Shown here: positions 1-9,611 of the stretch, piece after piece
Layout of the letters: each line of letters begins with the position of its first letter
How positions within the stretch are numbered: the stretch's first letter is position 1
IMG/VR virus record: IMGVR_UViG_3300015607_004939
Length of the DNA: 58,976 nucleotides
DNA from: an uncultured virus (IMG/VR IMGVR_UViG_3300015607_004939)
Lineage: Duplodnaviria > Heunggongvirae > Uroviricota > Caudoviricetes
Reading direction: 5' to 3' (one strand)
Translations under genes and position numbers: made by a program
Notes under the pieces: generated by a model
What the model was told of the DNA's origin: nothing
Databases searched by the model: none
The model's input: the letters and a program-made list of their open reading frames with translations, nothing else

Positions 1-245
1 GCCTCATGGCCTTCCCGCAGCACGAGGCGATCATCGGCTTCACCCACGCCTCCAAGGCCGTGGCCTCGGGCGCGAAGCCCCGCGAGTTCGCCTCGGCCGA
101 CGAGGCGGTGAAGGCGTGGCGCCGGGGAGAGATCAAGCTGAACGATCCCGTGACGCTCAAAGGGACCAAGACCGCCTCCGAGCAGGACCCAGACACGAAC
201 CTCACCCGCCTGCTATCCTGGCTGGAGAGCCAACCCGATGGATGA
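1..245 (+). CDS. C-terminal end of an upstream RNA polymerase beta'-like fragment (5' partial)
   Basis: PQHEAIIG resembles beta' PSQDxVLG; FASADEAVKAWRRGEIKLNDPV resembles the following beta' segment; frame is open to the window edge; ends in a KTA-containing tail. Confidence 0.6.
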   Translation, partial: LMAFPQHEAIIGFTHASKAVASGAKPREFASADEAVKAWRRGEIKLNDPVTLKGTKTASEQDPDTNLTRLLSWLESQPDG

Positions 246-720
246 CTTCCCTGCCGACATCGACGGAATGCTGAAGGCCGCCGAGGACCCGGAGCCGGAG
301 CCCGACCCCGTGCCGGGCCTCGTGCGCAAGCTCCTCTCCGTCAAGTACGCCGTACTGCTGGCGTACGTGAGCTACGGCGACCAGCTCCGGGGCGCGAACC
401 GCGACGGGCTCTACGAGCACTTCCAGGAGCACGTGAAGGACGAGCGCCGCTCGATCTACGAGTTGAACCGTCACCTCGCCTCGCGGGGGGAGGTGCACGT
501 GCCGCACAACGTCACCATCCCCGAGGTCGAGCTCGGGGGCCCGGTGCCGCTCCTCGGCGTGCTCCTCCAGTTCGAGGAGGCCGCCCTCGAAGCGTGGCGC
601 GAGCTCTTCCGCGCGATCCCGCCGAACAAGAACGTGGGGCTCTCGGGCTTCGCGCAGAACGGCGCGCAAGCCCAGCTCGCCCACGTCGAGGACCTGCGTC
701 GCTGGGGGGCCCGGTCGTGA
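238..720 (+). CDS. Ferritin/bacterioferritin-like four-helix protein
   Basis: Helical pattern AY...EHFQEHVKDE...FEEAALEAW...AHVEDL typical of ferritin-like bundles; some metal ligands look substituted. Confidence 0.65.
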   Translation: MDDFPADIDGMLKAAEDPEPEPDPVPGLVRKLLSVKYAVLLAYVSYGDQLRGANRDGLYEHFQEHVKDERRSIYELNRHLASRGEVHVPHNVTIPEVELGGPVPLLGVLLQFEEAALEAWRELFRAIPPNKNVGLSGFAQNGAQAQLAHVEDLRRWGARS

Positions 721-935
721 AGCGTGTCGAGGTGTCCATGGGCCCGATCGTCCGGGGCGACGCGGGGAAGTTCTCCGGCACGCGCCACGCGTTCACGCAG
801 GCCGAGGAGGTGCTCAAGAAGTACGCGCTCCTGGCGGACAAGGGCAACCCGGCGGACTTCCTCGCCAAGCTCTTCCGCTCGAACCACTTCGGCTACGACG
901 CGAAGACGAACCCCCTCAACCGGCGATACCCGTGA
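717..935 (+). CDS. Small hypothetical protein (72 aa)
   Basis: GTGA overlaps with both neighbours; GTG at 717 in frame of ORF 594..935. Confidence 0.6.
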   Translation: MKRVEVSMGPIVRGDAGKFSGTRHAFTQAEEVLKKYALLADKGNPADFLAKLFRSNHFGYDAKTNPLNRRYP

Positions 936-2731
936 CAACCACCGTCGGTCACCTCCTCATCAACGCGGCCCTCCCTGACACGCACCAGATCTCGGGGCCC
1001 GTGACCAACAAGTTCCTCCACGACCACGTGGTGGACTTGGCCCGCTCGGACCCGCAGAAGTACGTGCGCACCGTCACGGACCTGAAGCGGCGCGGGGACG
1101 AGATCGCCACGCTCGAAGGGATCTCGGTGGGCCTGGACGACATCCGGCCCGACTACGCCGCGCGCGACGCGATCGTGAAGCCCGCCGTCGCCGCCCTGCG
1201 CAAGGCCACCTCGACGGGCGAGAAGGAGCGGGTCATCACCGAGGCGCAGAGCCGGATGCTGGCGTACACCAAGACCCACCCGGGCTCGATGACGCACATG
1301 GCCCTCTCGGGCGCGCGCGGCAACCCAGCGCAGCTCATGAAGATCGTGGGGACGCCGCTCGCGACTACGCACCCGCGCGAGGGCCTCGTGCCGCGCGTCC
1401 TGGAGCGGTCGTACTCCGAGGGGCTCTCCCCGGCCGACTACTGGCTCACCGGGCCCGAGGTCCGGGCCAACGAGGTCGCGGCACGCATCTCGGTGAGCGA
1501 GCCCGGCGAGATGGCCAAGGTGCTCGTGGCGAACATGATCTCGAACGTGGTGACGACGCACGACTGCGGCACGCACGCGGGCGTGCGCCTATCGCTCTCA
1601 GACACGCACGTGCTCGACCGCTACGCCCAGGACAACAAGGGCGTCCCGCGCAACACCCTGGTGACCCCGAGACTCGTCCAGTCGCTCAAGGCCCAAGGGA
1701 CGACGGACCTCTACGTGCGGTCGCCCATGACGTGCGGGGCGAGCAGAGGCGTCTGCCAGATGTGCCAGGGTCACAACGAGAAGGGTCAGCCCCAGCCCAT
1801 CGGGATGACCGTCGGCGTGCGGGCGGCCCAGGCGATGGCCGAGCCCCTCACCCAGATGGCGCTCTCCAGCCGACACGGAACGCTCACCGTCAAGATGACG
1901 ACCAAGAGCCCAACGGGGCTGAAGGGCGTTCGTCAGTTCCTGGAGATCCCCAAGGCGTTCCGCCACGAGGCGGCCCTGGCGCCGGTCACGGGTCAGGTCA
2001 CGGCCGTCGAGCGGGCGCCGCAGGGCGGCCACTACATCCGCGTGGGGACCTCGAAGCTCTACGCGGACCCGGAGCTGGAGCTGCGCGTGCGCGTGGGCGA
2101 TCACGTCGAGGCGGGCGACGCGCTCACCGACGGCGTGCCTCACCCGGCCAAGGTGGTCGAGCACAAGGGTCTCGGCGCGGGGCGCGAGTACTTCGTGAAC
2201 GCCCTGCACAAGGTCTACAAGGACGAGGGCGTGAACCTCGACCGGCGGCACCTGGAGCTCCTCGCCAAGAGCGAGATCAATCACGTGCGTCTGGGCGAGG
2301 TGGACCCCCGCCACCCCGAGCTGCTCAAGGGCGACGTGGTGAACTACAACACCTTCCGCGACGCCTACGCCACCGACGCCCACCCCGTGCCGACCGAGCG
2401 CGCCGTGGGGATGCGCCTCGGCAAGGAGGTCCTGCACCACACGGTGGGCACGCCCGTGACGGAGAGCCTCGCGCGCGAGCTGCGCGCCCGGGGCGTGGGC
2501 GAGGTGCACGTCGCGCGCGGCATGCCAGCCGTCGAGTTCGTGATGAAGCCCTTCACTATGAACCCGCTCCTCGACAAGGACTGGATGGCGAGGCTCGCCC
2601 ACCGCTACCTGAAGAGCACCTTGCAGGACGCCGCCCACACCGGGGACGAGGCGGACCTGCACTCCACCCACCCCGTCCCGGCATGGGCCTTCGGGGCCGA
2701 ACTGCACCACGGGGCGGGCGGCAACTTCTGA
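932..2731 (+). CDS. rpoC: Phage RNA polymerase beta' subunit, C-terminal fragment
   Basis: SGARG..QL, SYSEGL..YW bridge helix, DCGT, RSPMTC..GVCQMC Zn site, VGVRAAQAMAEPLTQMALSSRH trigger loop, DRRHLELL; NADFDGD not in this piece. Confidence 0.9.
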   Translation: MTTTVGHLLINAALPDTHQISGPVTNKFLHDHVVDLARSDPQKYVRTVTDLKRRGDEIATLEGISVGLDDIRPDYAARDAIVKPAVAALRKATSTGEKERVITEAQSRMLAYTKTHPGSMTHMALSGARGNPAQLMKIVGTPLATTHPREGLVPRVLERSYSEGLSPADYWLTGPEVRANEVAARISVSEPGEMAKVLVANMISNVVTTHDCGTHAGVRLSLSDTHVLDRYAQDNKGVPRNTLVTPRLVQSLKAQGTTDLYVRSPMTCGASRGVCQMCQGHNEKGQPQPIGMTVGVRAAQAMAEPLTQMALSSRHGTLTVKMTTKSPTGLKGVRQFLEIPKAFRHEAALAPVTGQVTAVERAPQGGHYIRVGTSKLYADPELELRVRVGDHVEAGDALTDGVPHPAKVVEHKGLGAGREYFVNALHKVYKDEGVNLDRRHLELLAKSEINHVRLGEVDPRHPELLKGDVVNYNTFRDAYATDAHPVPTERAVGMRLGKEVLHHTVGTPVTESLARELRARGVGEVHVARGMPAVEFVMKPFTMNPLLDKDWMARLAHRYLKSTLQDAAHTGDEADLHSTHPVPAWAFGAELHHGAGGNF

Positions 2732-2751
2732 CGTTAGGCTTGTCCCGAGCC

Positions 2752-3555
2752 ATGCCCGCCTCCCCAGACGACCGCGAGCAATACGCCGTACGAACCCTCC
2801 GACGCTACGGCTTGGAGAAGTTCGCCTCGGACCCGTCCCTCCTGGGCCGGCTCGGCGCCGGGGCCAAGTGGCTCTTCTCGCGCCACCCCAACACGCACAC
2901 CCACATGGGGATGGGCCCCGCGACCTACCGGGAGGTGCCGGGCCTCCTCTGGGGAACGAACCGGGTCCCCTCCCTCAGCCGGATGTATCAAGAGCTGCCG
3001 GGCCGGGGGCCCGGACTCGTCAACGCGCTCAAGGACCACGGGCAGGCGTGGGGGGACCTCGTGCGCGACATCTATCTTGGCAGCCCCGTGGACGCCTGGA
3101 AGAGCTTCCAGCAGCACAAGCAGAACTCCGGGTCGACCCTCGGCGGCCTCGGCCGCTTCGCCAAGGAGTACTACTGGCACCCGCAGTCCGGTGGCTTCAT
3201 GAACGCCCTGGGCGTCGCGGCCACCGGCTACGACCTCTACCGCGCCTTAACGGGCGACCCGTCGCAGCGACGCGGGGACATGGCGGCGGCGCTCACGGGC
3301 GCGGCGATCGCCCCCGTCACCGGGCACATGGGGGCGCTCCTCGGCGCCCCGATCCACCTCGGAGTGATCGGTCTCGCTCGACGCCTGGGTCATAAGTTCG
3401 ACCCTCCCGCGACCGGCGAATCGCAGCCCACCCCCTACGCTCCGCGCTTGGACCCTCGTGGCCACACGCGCCGCTGGCTGCGCACCTCCCCCAACGTCCC
3501 CTACCTCGGGGAGGGCTTCCCGGAGATGCCCGACCTCACCGACCTCGCACCCTAA
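2752..3555 (+). CDS. Putative head-associated protein, RYGLxKxA motif, Gly-rich hydrophobic segments
   Basis: ATG 2752 in ORF 1732..3555; LRRYGLEKFA near N-terminus. Confidence 0.7.
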   Translation: MPASPDDREQYAVRTLRRYGLEKFASDPSLLGRLGAGAKWLFSRHPNTHTHMGMGPATYREVPGLLWGTNRVPSLSRMYQELPGRGPGLVNALKDHGQAWGDLVRDIYLGSPVDAWKSFQQHKQNSGSTLGGLGRFAKEYYWHPQSGGFMNALGVAATGYDLYRALTGDPSQRRGDMAAALTGAAIAPVTGHMGALLGAPIHLGVIGLARRLGHKFDPPATGESQPTPYAPRLDPRGHTRRWLRTSPNVPYLGEGFPEMPDLTDLAP

Positions 3556-3583
3556 CATTCGACCGCAAGGAGATCCCCATCAG

Positions 3584-5500
3584 ATGCGCCTCTTCCCCCG
3601 AACCTTCTTCCAGGGCATGCACGACTCCCTCGTCGATGCGGGTGCCATGCACCCCTTCCCCACCGACAAGATCGCGATGGCCGTGTTCGACCAGCTCGCG
3701 GACGAGGCGGGGTTCCCCCCGATCCTGGAGGCGCCCGTGCCCAAGACGGCCGCCGTCCAGCTCGCCGGCCGCATGAAGATGGCCTCCGACCGCATCGCGC
3801 AGTCGGAGTACGCACCCTCGGTCACGCGCATCGCGCAGGCCAAGTACGCGAGCTCCTTCGACCTGGAGGACCGCGCGGGCATGGTCGCCGAGTTCTACAT
3901 GGAGAAGGCCGCGAGCGAAAACTCGCTCACCCCGCAGGGCGAGAACACCCTGGCCGACGCGGCCGGCTACGACACCGTCGCCGCGCTCGACAACCGCAAC
4001 CGCCCCGAGGGGACCTACACCCACGGCGAGCGCGGCGGCACCAACCTCCCCACGCCGGGCATCCTCGGCCGCGAGGTCGCGGCGCCCGGCGCGCCGATGG
4101 CGAAGAAGGCCAACCTGGAGAGCATCCTGGCCGCGTTCAAGGCCGCCCCAAGCCGGATCGGCGAGCACGCCTCTCAGATCGGCAGTCGCCTCACCAGCAA
4201 CCCCGTGCAGAGCGCCCGCACCGCCCTCAACGCGATGGGCGATCTGCGCGCGATGGCGCGGAACAACGGCGCCGTTCGCAGCTTCACCAACGTCGCCGAG
4301 CACGGCCAGCGCCTCTTCGAGCGCAACGAGGCGCTGAAGAACCTCGCCACCCAGGCGGGGGCGGGGGCCGTCGGTATCGGCAGCATCGGTGCCGGGGCCA
4401 TGGGCATCCGCAGCCTGATGGGCGGCGGCAAGCAGGAGCCCGCCCCCGAGGACATCGCCAAGGCGGCGATGGAGGTGTGCGCCAACGAGGACATGCCGGT
4501 CGCCGACGTGGTGGGCGGCGGTGGCGAGATGGGCGGCGCGGACCCCGAGCAGATGGGCCGCGTGATGACGTTCCTGCACGCGCTCAAGAACAAGATCCCC
4601 GGCCTGCGGCCGAGCCCGGAGGCGCAGATCGGCGCGGCGGGCCTCGGGGAGCAGGGCGAGCAGGGCCTCCAGGTGATGGCACACGTGCTGGAGACCGCCA
4701 AGACGGCCGAGGAGGCCGACGGGATGCTCCAGCACATCCTCCAGGTGCTCACCGAGCAGGGTGTTCCCCCGTCGCCCGAGCTCGTGCAGGCGATCAGCGA
4801 GGCGCTCTCCGACGAGGGCGGCGGCGAGCACCCGACGGCGGGCGCGCCGCCGCCCCCGCCCTCGGACGGCGGCGGTGGCGAGGTGCCGCCCGACGCGAAG
4901 ACGGCCGGGATCATGGACCGCCTCCGCGCGGGCGGGAAGTCGGTCTCGGACGCGGCCGGTCGCGGCACCAAGGCGGTGGGCGACGCTGCGCGCTCGGCGG
5001 GCAACGCGGTGATACACAACAAGCTGCGCACGGCGGGCGGCGTCTTGGGCTCGGCGATCCTGGTCGGCGGCGGCGTCGCGGCCAAGAACCACTTCGGCAA
5101 GAAGAAGGAGGACGAGGCCTCGAAGACCGCCGAGGATTTCTGGAACTCGATCCTCAAGCAGAGCGGCGACGGCAACGACGGCTCGCTCACCTCGCAGGGG
5201 GAGAACACCCTGGCCGACGCGGCCGGCTACGACACCGTCGCCAAGCTCGACCTGCGGAACCGCCCCGAGGGGGCCTACGCCACGGCGCAGGGCCAGACCC
5301 AGCTCAAGACCGAGTCCGGCGAGGTCGGCGACGAGAAGAAGGCCGAGGACGCCTACTGGGACAACATCCGCAAGGTGGCCGAGGAGTGGGGCGCCAAGCT
5401 CCCCGCCGCGATGGCCATCGAGGACAAGCGCGCCGCGATCCAGAAGATCGCCTCCGTCGCCCCGAGGGAGCGCGCCGCGCTCGTCGCCGGCCTGCGCTGA
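3584..5500 (+). CDS. KxA-rich putative internal head protein with duplicated 32-aa motif
   Basis: AAGGAG RBS before ATG 3584; about 15 KxA motifs; SLTxQGENTLADAAGYDTVAxLDxRNRPEGxY occurs twice. Confidence 0.75.
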   Translation: MRLFPRTFFQGMHDSLVDAGAMHPFPTDKIAMAVFDQLADEAGFPPILEAPVPKTAAVQLAGRMKMASDRIAQSEYAPSVTRIAQAKYASSFDLEDRAGMVAEFYMEKAASENSLTPQGENTLADAAGYDTVAALDNRNRPEGTYTHGERGGTNLPTPGILGREVAAPGAPMAKKANLESILAAFKAAPSRIGEHASQIGSRLTSNPVQSARTALNAMGDLRAMARNNGAVRSFTNVAEHGQRLFERNEALKNLATQAGAGAVGIGSIGAGAMGIRSLMGGGKQEPAPEDIAKAAMEVCANEDMPVADVVGGGGEMGGADPEQMGRVMTFLHALKNKIPGLRPSPEAQIGAAGLGEQGEQGLQVMAHVLETAKTAEEADGMLQHILQVLTEQGVPPSPELVQAISEALSDEGGGEHPTAGAPPPPPSDGGGGEVPPDAKTAGIMDRLRAGGKSVSDAAGRGTKAVGDAARSAGNAVIHNKLRTAGGVLGSAILVGGGVAAKNHFGKKKEDEASKTAEDFWNSILKQSGDGNDGSLTSQGENTLADAAGYDTVAKLDLRNRPEGAYATAQGQTQLKTESGEVGDEKKAEDAYWDNIRKVAEEWGAKLPAAMAIEDKRAAIQKIASVAPRERAALVAGLR

Positions 5501-5524
5501 CCCGCCTACGCTAGGGTCGAGGCC

Positions 5525-8044
5525 ATGCCCGACCCCTTCTCCCTCCTCCAGTCCCCGCGCTCCCAAGCCTTCGCCCAGGGTCCCTCGGACCCTGCCGACG
5601 AGGAGACCCTGTTCGTGCAGGGGTTCTCCGACCTCGCGTACAAGGCGATGGGCAAGAGCCAGCCCACGCTCATGGCCGACGTCGTCACCTTCCGCGTCCT
5701 GGAGAAGGACGTGGAGAACGGCGAGGCCGTGGGCTCCTTCATCCTGAAGAAGAGGAACGAGGTCATCTTCGTCCCGGTGGTGCTCGTCGACAACGCGGTC
5801 AAGCCCCTGGACATCTTCTACACGCGCAGCCGCGACCGCTACTACCCGCTCTCCTCGGGGTGGCTGCGGCAGGTCGCCAACCAGGGCATCTCCTCGGTGG
5901 GGACGGCCCTGCGGCCCCCGAACACCCTCTCGCAGGACGTGGACATCCGGCATCTGGTGGCGCCGCCCATCCAGGGCCGTACGTCGTACGCCAGCGACGA
6001 GTCCCACCTGGACGGCCGGGAGGCGTTCACGCGACTGCACCGTGAGCTCGGGGACGGCAAGCTCGTCCTCGCCCAGGCCCTGTCGCGCCTGGGGGACCGG
6101 CAGAAGGTCGCCGTGCAGGGCGCGCTCCAGAAGCGCCCCAAGGTGGCCCAGCTCCTGGCCGAGCAGTACGGCGTACCGCTCCTGCGCAACGCGCTGCGCG
6201 TGGCGCCGCAGGAGAAGCGCGCCGACACCGGGTACGAGCGGCCCCTGCGACGAGACGTCTTCATGGCCAACGCCATGACGCCCCTCCAGGAGTTCCAGCG
6301 GGAGCTCGAACCCGGCGAGGTCGCCCACGCCTTCGGCCAGTCCCGGGCCAAGGGGTTCTACGTGCGCGACCTGCGCAAGAACCACGACGAGCTCTTCTCG
6401 CTCTCCGAGACCTCGCTCGCGCTCGCGGAGCCGAAGACGCCGGGCCTGTACCGCATCTACATGGCCTCGGGCGAGGCGCCCGTGGTCCTGGTGATCCCGA
6501 ACCCCCCGTCGATCCACCGGGACTGCTCGCTGGAGACGCCCGCCCCGCCGCGCCGCGCGACCAAGGAGACGCGCTACCTCGTCGTCTTCGAGGACGGCAA
6601 GGCCGCCATGACCGAGCGCCTCTTGGCCGAGGCGGCACCGGCCGACTACGCCGACCTCGTCGGCTTCGTGCGCAAGATTGCCAAGGACAAGCCGGACGCC
6701 TCGGGCCAGGGCAGCCTCGTGACGTTCCGGGGGACAACCGTCACGGTCACCATGCCAGAGCGGGCGGCCAACGTCACGAGCCACGGCGACCGGACGACGT
6801 TCAACCTCGGGGGGTGCCACACCGTCGTGCGCGTGAAGGGCGTGCTCGGCAGTGTGGTCAAGCCCCCCTCGCAGGACACCATCCTCATCGGCGCGGACAC
6901 CCTGTGGCTGCCGCTCAAGATGGAATACATGCGCGAGGGCGACTTCCTCACCGAGCCGCGCCTCGTCTGGTCGATGATCGAGGCGGGGGCGGTCAAGAGC
7001 GGCGCTGAGAAGGTGAGCGTGAAGGTCGCGGCGGACGGCGGGTTCATCATCGGCCCGGAGCGGGTTCAGGCCCGTGGCCTGGACGCCCTCCGGCGCGTGG
7101 CCGTTCGCTATCAGGTCAAGGTCGCCGACGCCGCCAACATCCTCCAAGCGGTGCAGAACCGCGTGCCGGTCTCACTCTTCGTCAAGCACGCGGACGGACC
7201 GCCCCCGGGCGGCGACCCCTCGCAGGGCGGCGGCGACCCATCCATGGGCGGGCAGATGCCGGGCGTGCCGCAGGCCCCGCCCCCGCCGCCCTCGGGCCTG
7301 GACCTCGCCATCGCCGAGAAGAGTCAGGTCATCCAGGCTCAGATCGCCGGGCTCCAGCAGCAGCTCCAGGCGATCAACGAGATCGGCCAGAGGGCCACGA
7401 TGATCGACCAGGGCGGCGGCGGGGCCATGGCCTCCCCCATGGGCTCGACGTCCTCCATGGGGCTGCCCCCGGAGGGCGCGGGCGGGGCCCCCCCGATCGC
7501 GCCGATGGGGCCCTCCGGCGGGCCCCCCATGGCCCCTCCGGGGGGTGCTCCGATGGGCCCGCCGCCGGCCGGTGGGATGCCGACCGGCACCGCACCCGCC
7601 GCCGGGATGCCGCCGCCCGGGGTGCCCCCGCAGGGCGACCCCAACGCCATGGCGCAGGGCGGCCCGCCCCCGGTCATGACCGACTCGCCGACGCCGGACA
7701 CGATCGCCCAGCAGATCAGCCCGAACTTCCTCCAGGACGCGGCGCTGCTCGGCGACCCCCAGGTGTTCGACGCGGCGGCCGTGGCGACGTTCGCGAGGAG
7801 CCGCGCCCTGCGCGAGATCTTCCAGAACTACGCGCCCACGCTCGACAACGCCCTCGACCGCCTGGGCCGCGCGCTGCTCCTGCTCTACACCCAGGCGCGC
7901 GAGATCCGCGAGCAGATCGGCGACGAAGCGCTCCGGGACCTGGAGCAGCGAACGCGCGAGGTGTTCAAGTCCCTCGGCGACGTCATCCTCATGCTGGAGC
8001 AGTACGGCGACCAGTTGAGCCCGGAAGGTCAACCTGCCGTATAA
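5525..8044 (+). CDS. Large putative virion protein (839 aa) with Pro/Gly/Met low-complexity linker
   Basis: Long ORF with coding-like codon pattern in the head cluster; function not recognised. Confidence 0.7.
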   Translation: MPDPFSLLQSPRSQAFAQGPSDPADEETLFVQGFSDLAYKAMGKSQPTLMADVVTFRVLEKDVENGEAVGSFILKKRNEVIFVPVVLVDNAVKPLDIFYTRSRDRYYPLSSGWLRQVANQGISSVGTALRPPNTLSQDVDIRHLVAPPIQGRTSYASDESHLDGREAFTRLHRELGDGKLVLAQALSRLGDRQKVAVQGALQKRPKVAQLLAEQYGVPLLRNALRVAPQEKRADTGYERPLRRDVFMANAMTPLQEFQRELEPGEVAHAFGQSRAKGFYVRDLRKNHDELFSLSETSLALAEPKTPGLYRIYMASGEAPVVLVIPNPPSIHRDCSLETPAPPRRATKETRYLVVFEDGKAAMTERLLAEAAPADYADLVGFVRKIAKDKPDASGQGSLVTFRGTTVTVTMPERAANVTSHGDRTTFNLGGCHTVVRVKGVLGSVVKPPSQDTILIGADTLWLPLKMEYMREGDFLTEPRLVWSMIEAGAVKSGAEKVSVKVAADGGFIIGPERVQARGLDALRRVAVRYQVKVADAANILQAVQNRVPVSLFVKHADGPPPGGDPSQGGGDPSMGGQMPGVPQAPPPPPSGLDLAIAEKSQVIQAQIAGLQQQLQAINEIGQRATMIDQGGGGAMASPMGSTSSMGLPPEGAGGAPPIAPMGPSGGPPMAPPGGAPMGPPPAGGMPTGTAPAAGMPPPGVPPQGDPNAMAQGGPPPVMTDSPTPDTIAQQISPNFLQDAALLGDPQVFDAAAVATFARSRALREIFQNYAPTLDNALDRLGRALLLLYTQAREIREQIGDEALRDLEQRTREVFKSLGDVILMLEQYGDQLSPEGQPAV

Positions 8045-8052
8045 CCACCCCC

Positions 8053-8796
8053 ATGCTCCAGACACGCCCCGACGCGCGGGCCCGTGGCGTTCATCAGCGG
8101 GTCGGCGCGCAGTCGCCCCCCGACGACCCGGACGAGCGGGCCCTCTACGAGATCATGCAGGACCGGGCCGTCGACGAGGCGTACGCCCCGCTCGAAGTGG
8201 CCTGGGAGCTGGCGCGCGGCCCCGAGCACCACGTGCTCGACGCCCTGCTGATCGCGCGCGTGCCGGACGAGGCGATCTGCGAGGCGCTGCAAGTGCCCGC
8301 CGAGACGGTGAAGCACTACCGGTCCTTTTTTTTCGACGTGACCGTGTTCCGTCACGTCTTCGCGGCCCGGCGCTACGTGAAGTCGCTGCCCAACGACGGC
8401 TCCGAGGAGTACAAGTCCTACGACCTCGCGCTCAACGAGGGAGGCGACAACCTGCTCAACCGCTACCGCCTGGGCGACGCGCCCCTGCCCGACATGAGCG
8501 TCCTCCAGGGGAGGATGATTGTGGAGCTCGCGTCGCGCGCCCGCGAGCACCGGGGCGTGCCGCTCACCAACCGGAAGTCCGTCGAGTCGCTTCGGTGCGC
8601 GACCAAGGCCATGGACGGGGCCTCCGCGCGCGCGACGGCCACGGCCAAGGCGGGCTCCAGCGGCGCGTCGTCCGAGCGCGCACTCATCATGGCGCTCGTG
8701 AGCATGGAGCACACCGTGAAGGCAGACGCCCTGGGCGTGAACGTGAACGACATCGTGCAGACGGGCCCCGTGCCGCCCGCGCCGGGCACCACCTAA
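8053..8796 (+). CDS. Hypothetical protein
   Basis: 247-aa ORF filling the gap in the + operon. Confidence 0.7.
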   Translation: MLQTRPDARARGVHQRVGAQSPPDDPDERALYEIMQDRAVDEAYAPLEVAWELARGPEHHVLDALLIARVPDEAICEALQVPAETVKHYRSFFFDVTVFRHVFAARRYVKSLPNDGSEEYKSYDLALNEGGDNLLNRYRLGDAPLPDMSVLQGRMIVELASRAREHRGVPLTNRKSVESLRCATKAMDGASARATATAKAGSSGASSERALIMALVSMEHTVKADALGVNVNDIVQTGPVPPAPGTT

Positions 8797-8807
8797 CCTA
8801 TTCGACG

Positions 8808-9611
8808 ATGTGGCAGCAGAAGGACTACGAAGCGCGGGCGACGGAGATCGCGAAGGCGTACCGCGCCGGCTTGGACATCGGCGGCAGTGACCTGCCCTCG
8901 CTGGTGGAGAAGACCGCGCGCGACAACGGCCTGCTCCCCGAGCAGATCCGGCGCCTCTCCCGCTCGGTCAACACGGCCATGTTCGCCGAGGAGTACGGCG
9001 CGAAGACGGGCTCGGACCGGCGCGTCGACTTCACGCCCGTCGACGAGGACGAGGTGATCGGGCGCTTCCGCACGGCCGAGACACGCGCGACCGCATCCGT
9101 AAAGACGGCGAGCTACCCGAGCCTGCCCGACCCCCGCGTGCGCCCCGAGCGGGTGAAGACGGCCGCCGAGGTGATCGACCCGCTCCTGCCTCCCCCGGCG
9201 CCGCTGCCCGTGCGGCGCATGCACGCCAAGGCCGCGCACGAGCGGCTGCGCACGGACTTGGGGGCGCTGGAGCTCCGGTGGCATGGCGCGCTCGCCAAGG
9301 TCGCCCACCACTGCGACCGCATCGGTCATCTGCACGGCGACTTCGAGAAGAACGCCGTCGCGGTGCTCGGGGCCGAGTGCCTGCCTGAGCTCGCCCAGAT
9401 CCGGGAGTCGCTGAAGATGGCCGCGAGCCCCCTCACGGCGTCGAAGGTCGCCGAGGTGGCCGACTTCCTCGTCGGCGTCGAGGACGAGCAGACCCGGCAC
9501 ATCCAGGCCGCGATCAGCGCCCGCCACGAGTACGGCAGGAAGAAGGCCGCGCTCGACGAGGCGGCGCGACAGCTCGAAGCGATCGAGGTGGAGGTGTCCC
9601 GTGTCCTCTGA
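8808..9611 (+). CDS. KxA-rich putative head protein
   Basis: ATG 8808 after TAACCT; EKTA, VKTA x2, AKVA, SKVA, LKMA. Confidence 0.7.
   Translation: MWQQKDYEARATEIAKAYRAGLDIGGSDLPSLVEKTARDNGLLPEQIRRLSRSVNTAMFAEEYGAKTGSDRRVDFTPVDEDEVIGRFRTAETRATASVKTASYPSLPDPRVRPERVKTAAEVIDPLLPPPAPLPVRRMHAKAAHERLRTDLGALELRWHGALAKVAHHCDRIGHLHGDFEKNAVAVLGAECLPELAQIRESLKMAASPLTASKVAEVADFLVGVEDEQTRHIQAAISARHEYGRKKAALDEAARQLEAIEVEVSRVL

Noticed and set aside
932..2731. Bacterial chromosomal rpoC or an eCIS/tailocin locus
   Set aside because: Gene is split and diverged, has no ribosomal neighbours, and lies beside protease and capsid genes
3536..7147. 1203-aa minus ORF and other long antisense or alternate-frame ORFs (e.g. 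1598..2710, 12445..14304, 18630..20654)
   Set aside because: Arg/Gly/Ala/Pro-rich shadows of real genes, expected in high-GC DNA
5525..8044. Portal protein call
   Set aside because: Size and position are compatible but no portal signature recognised
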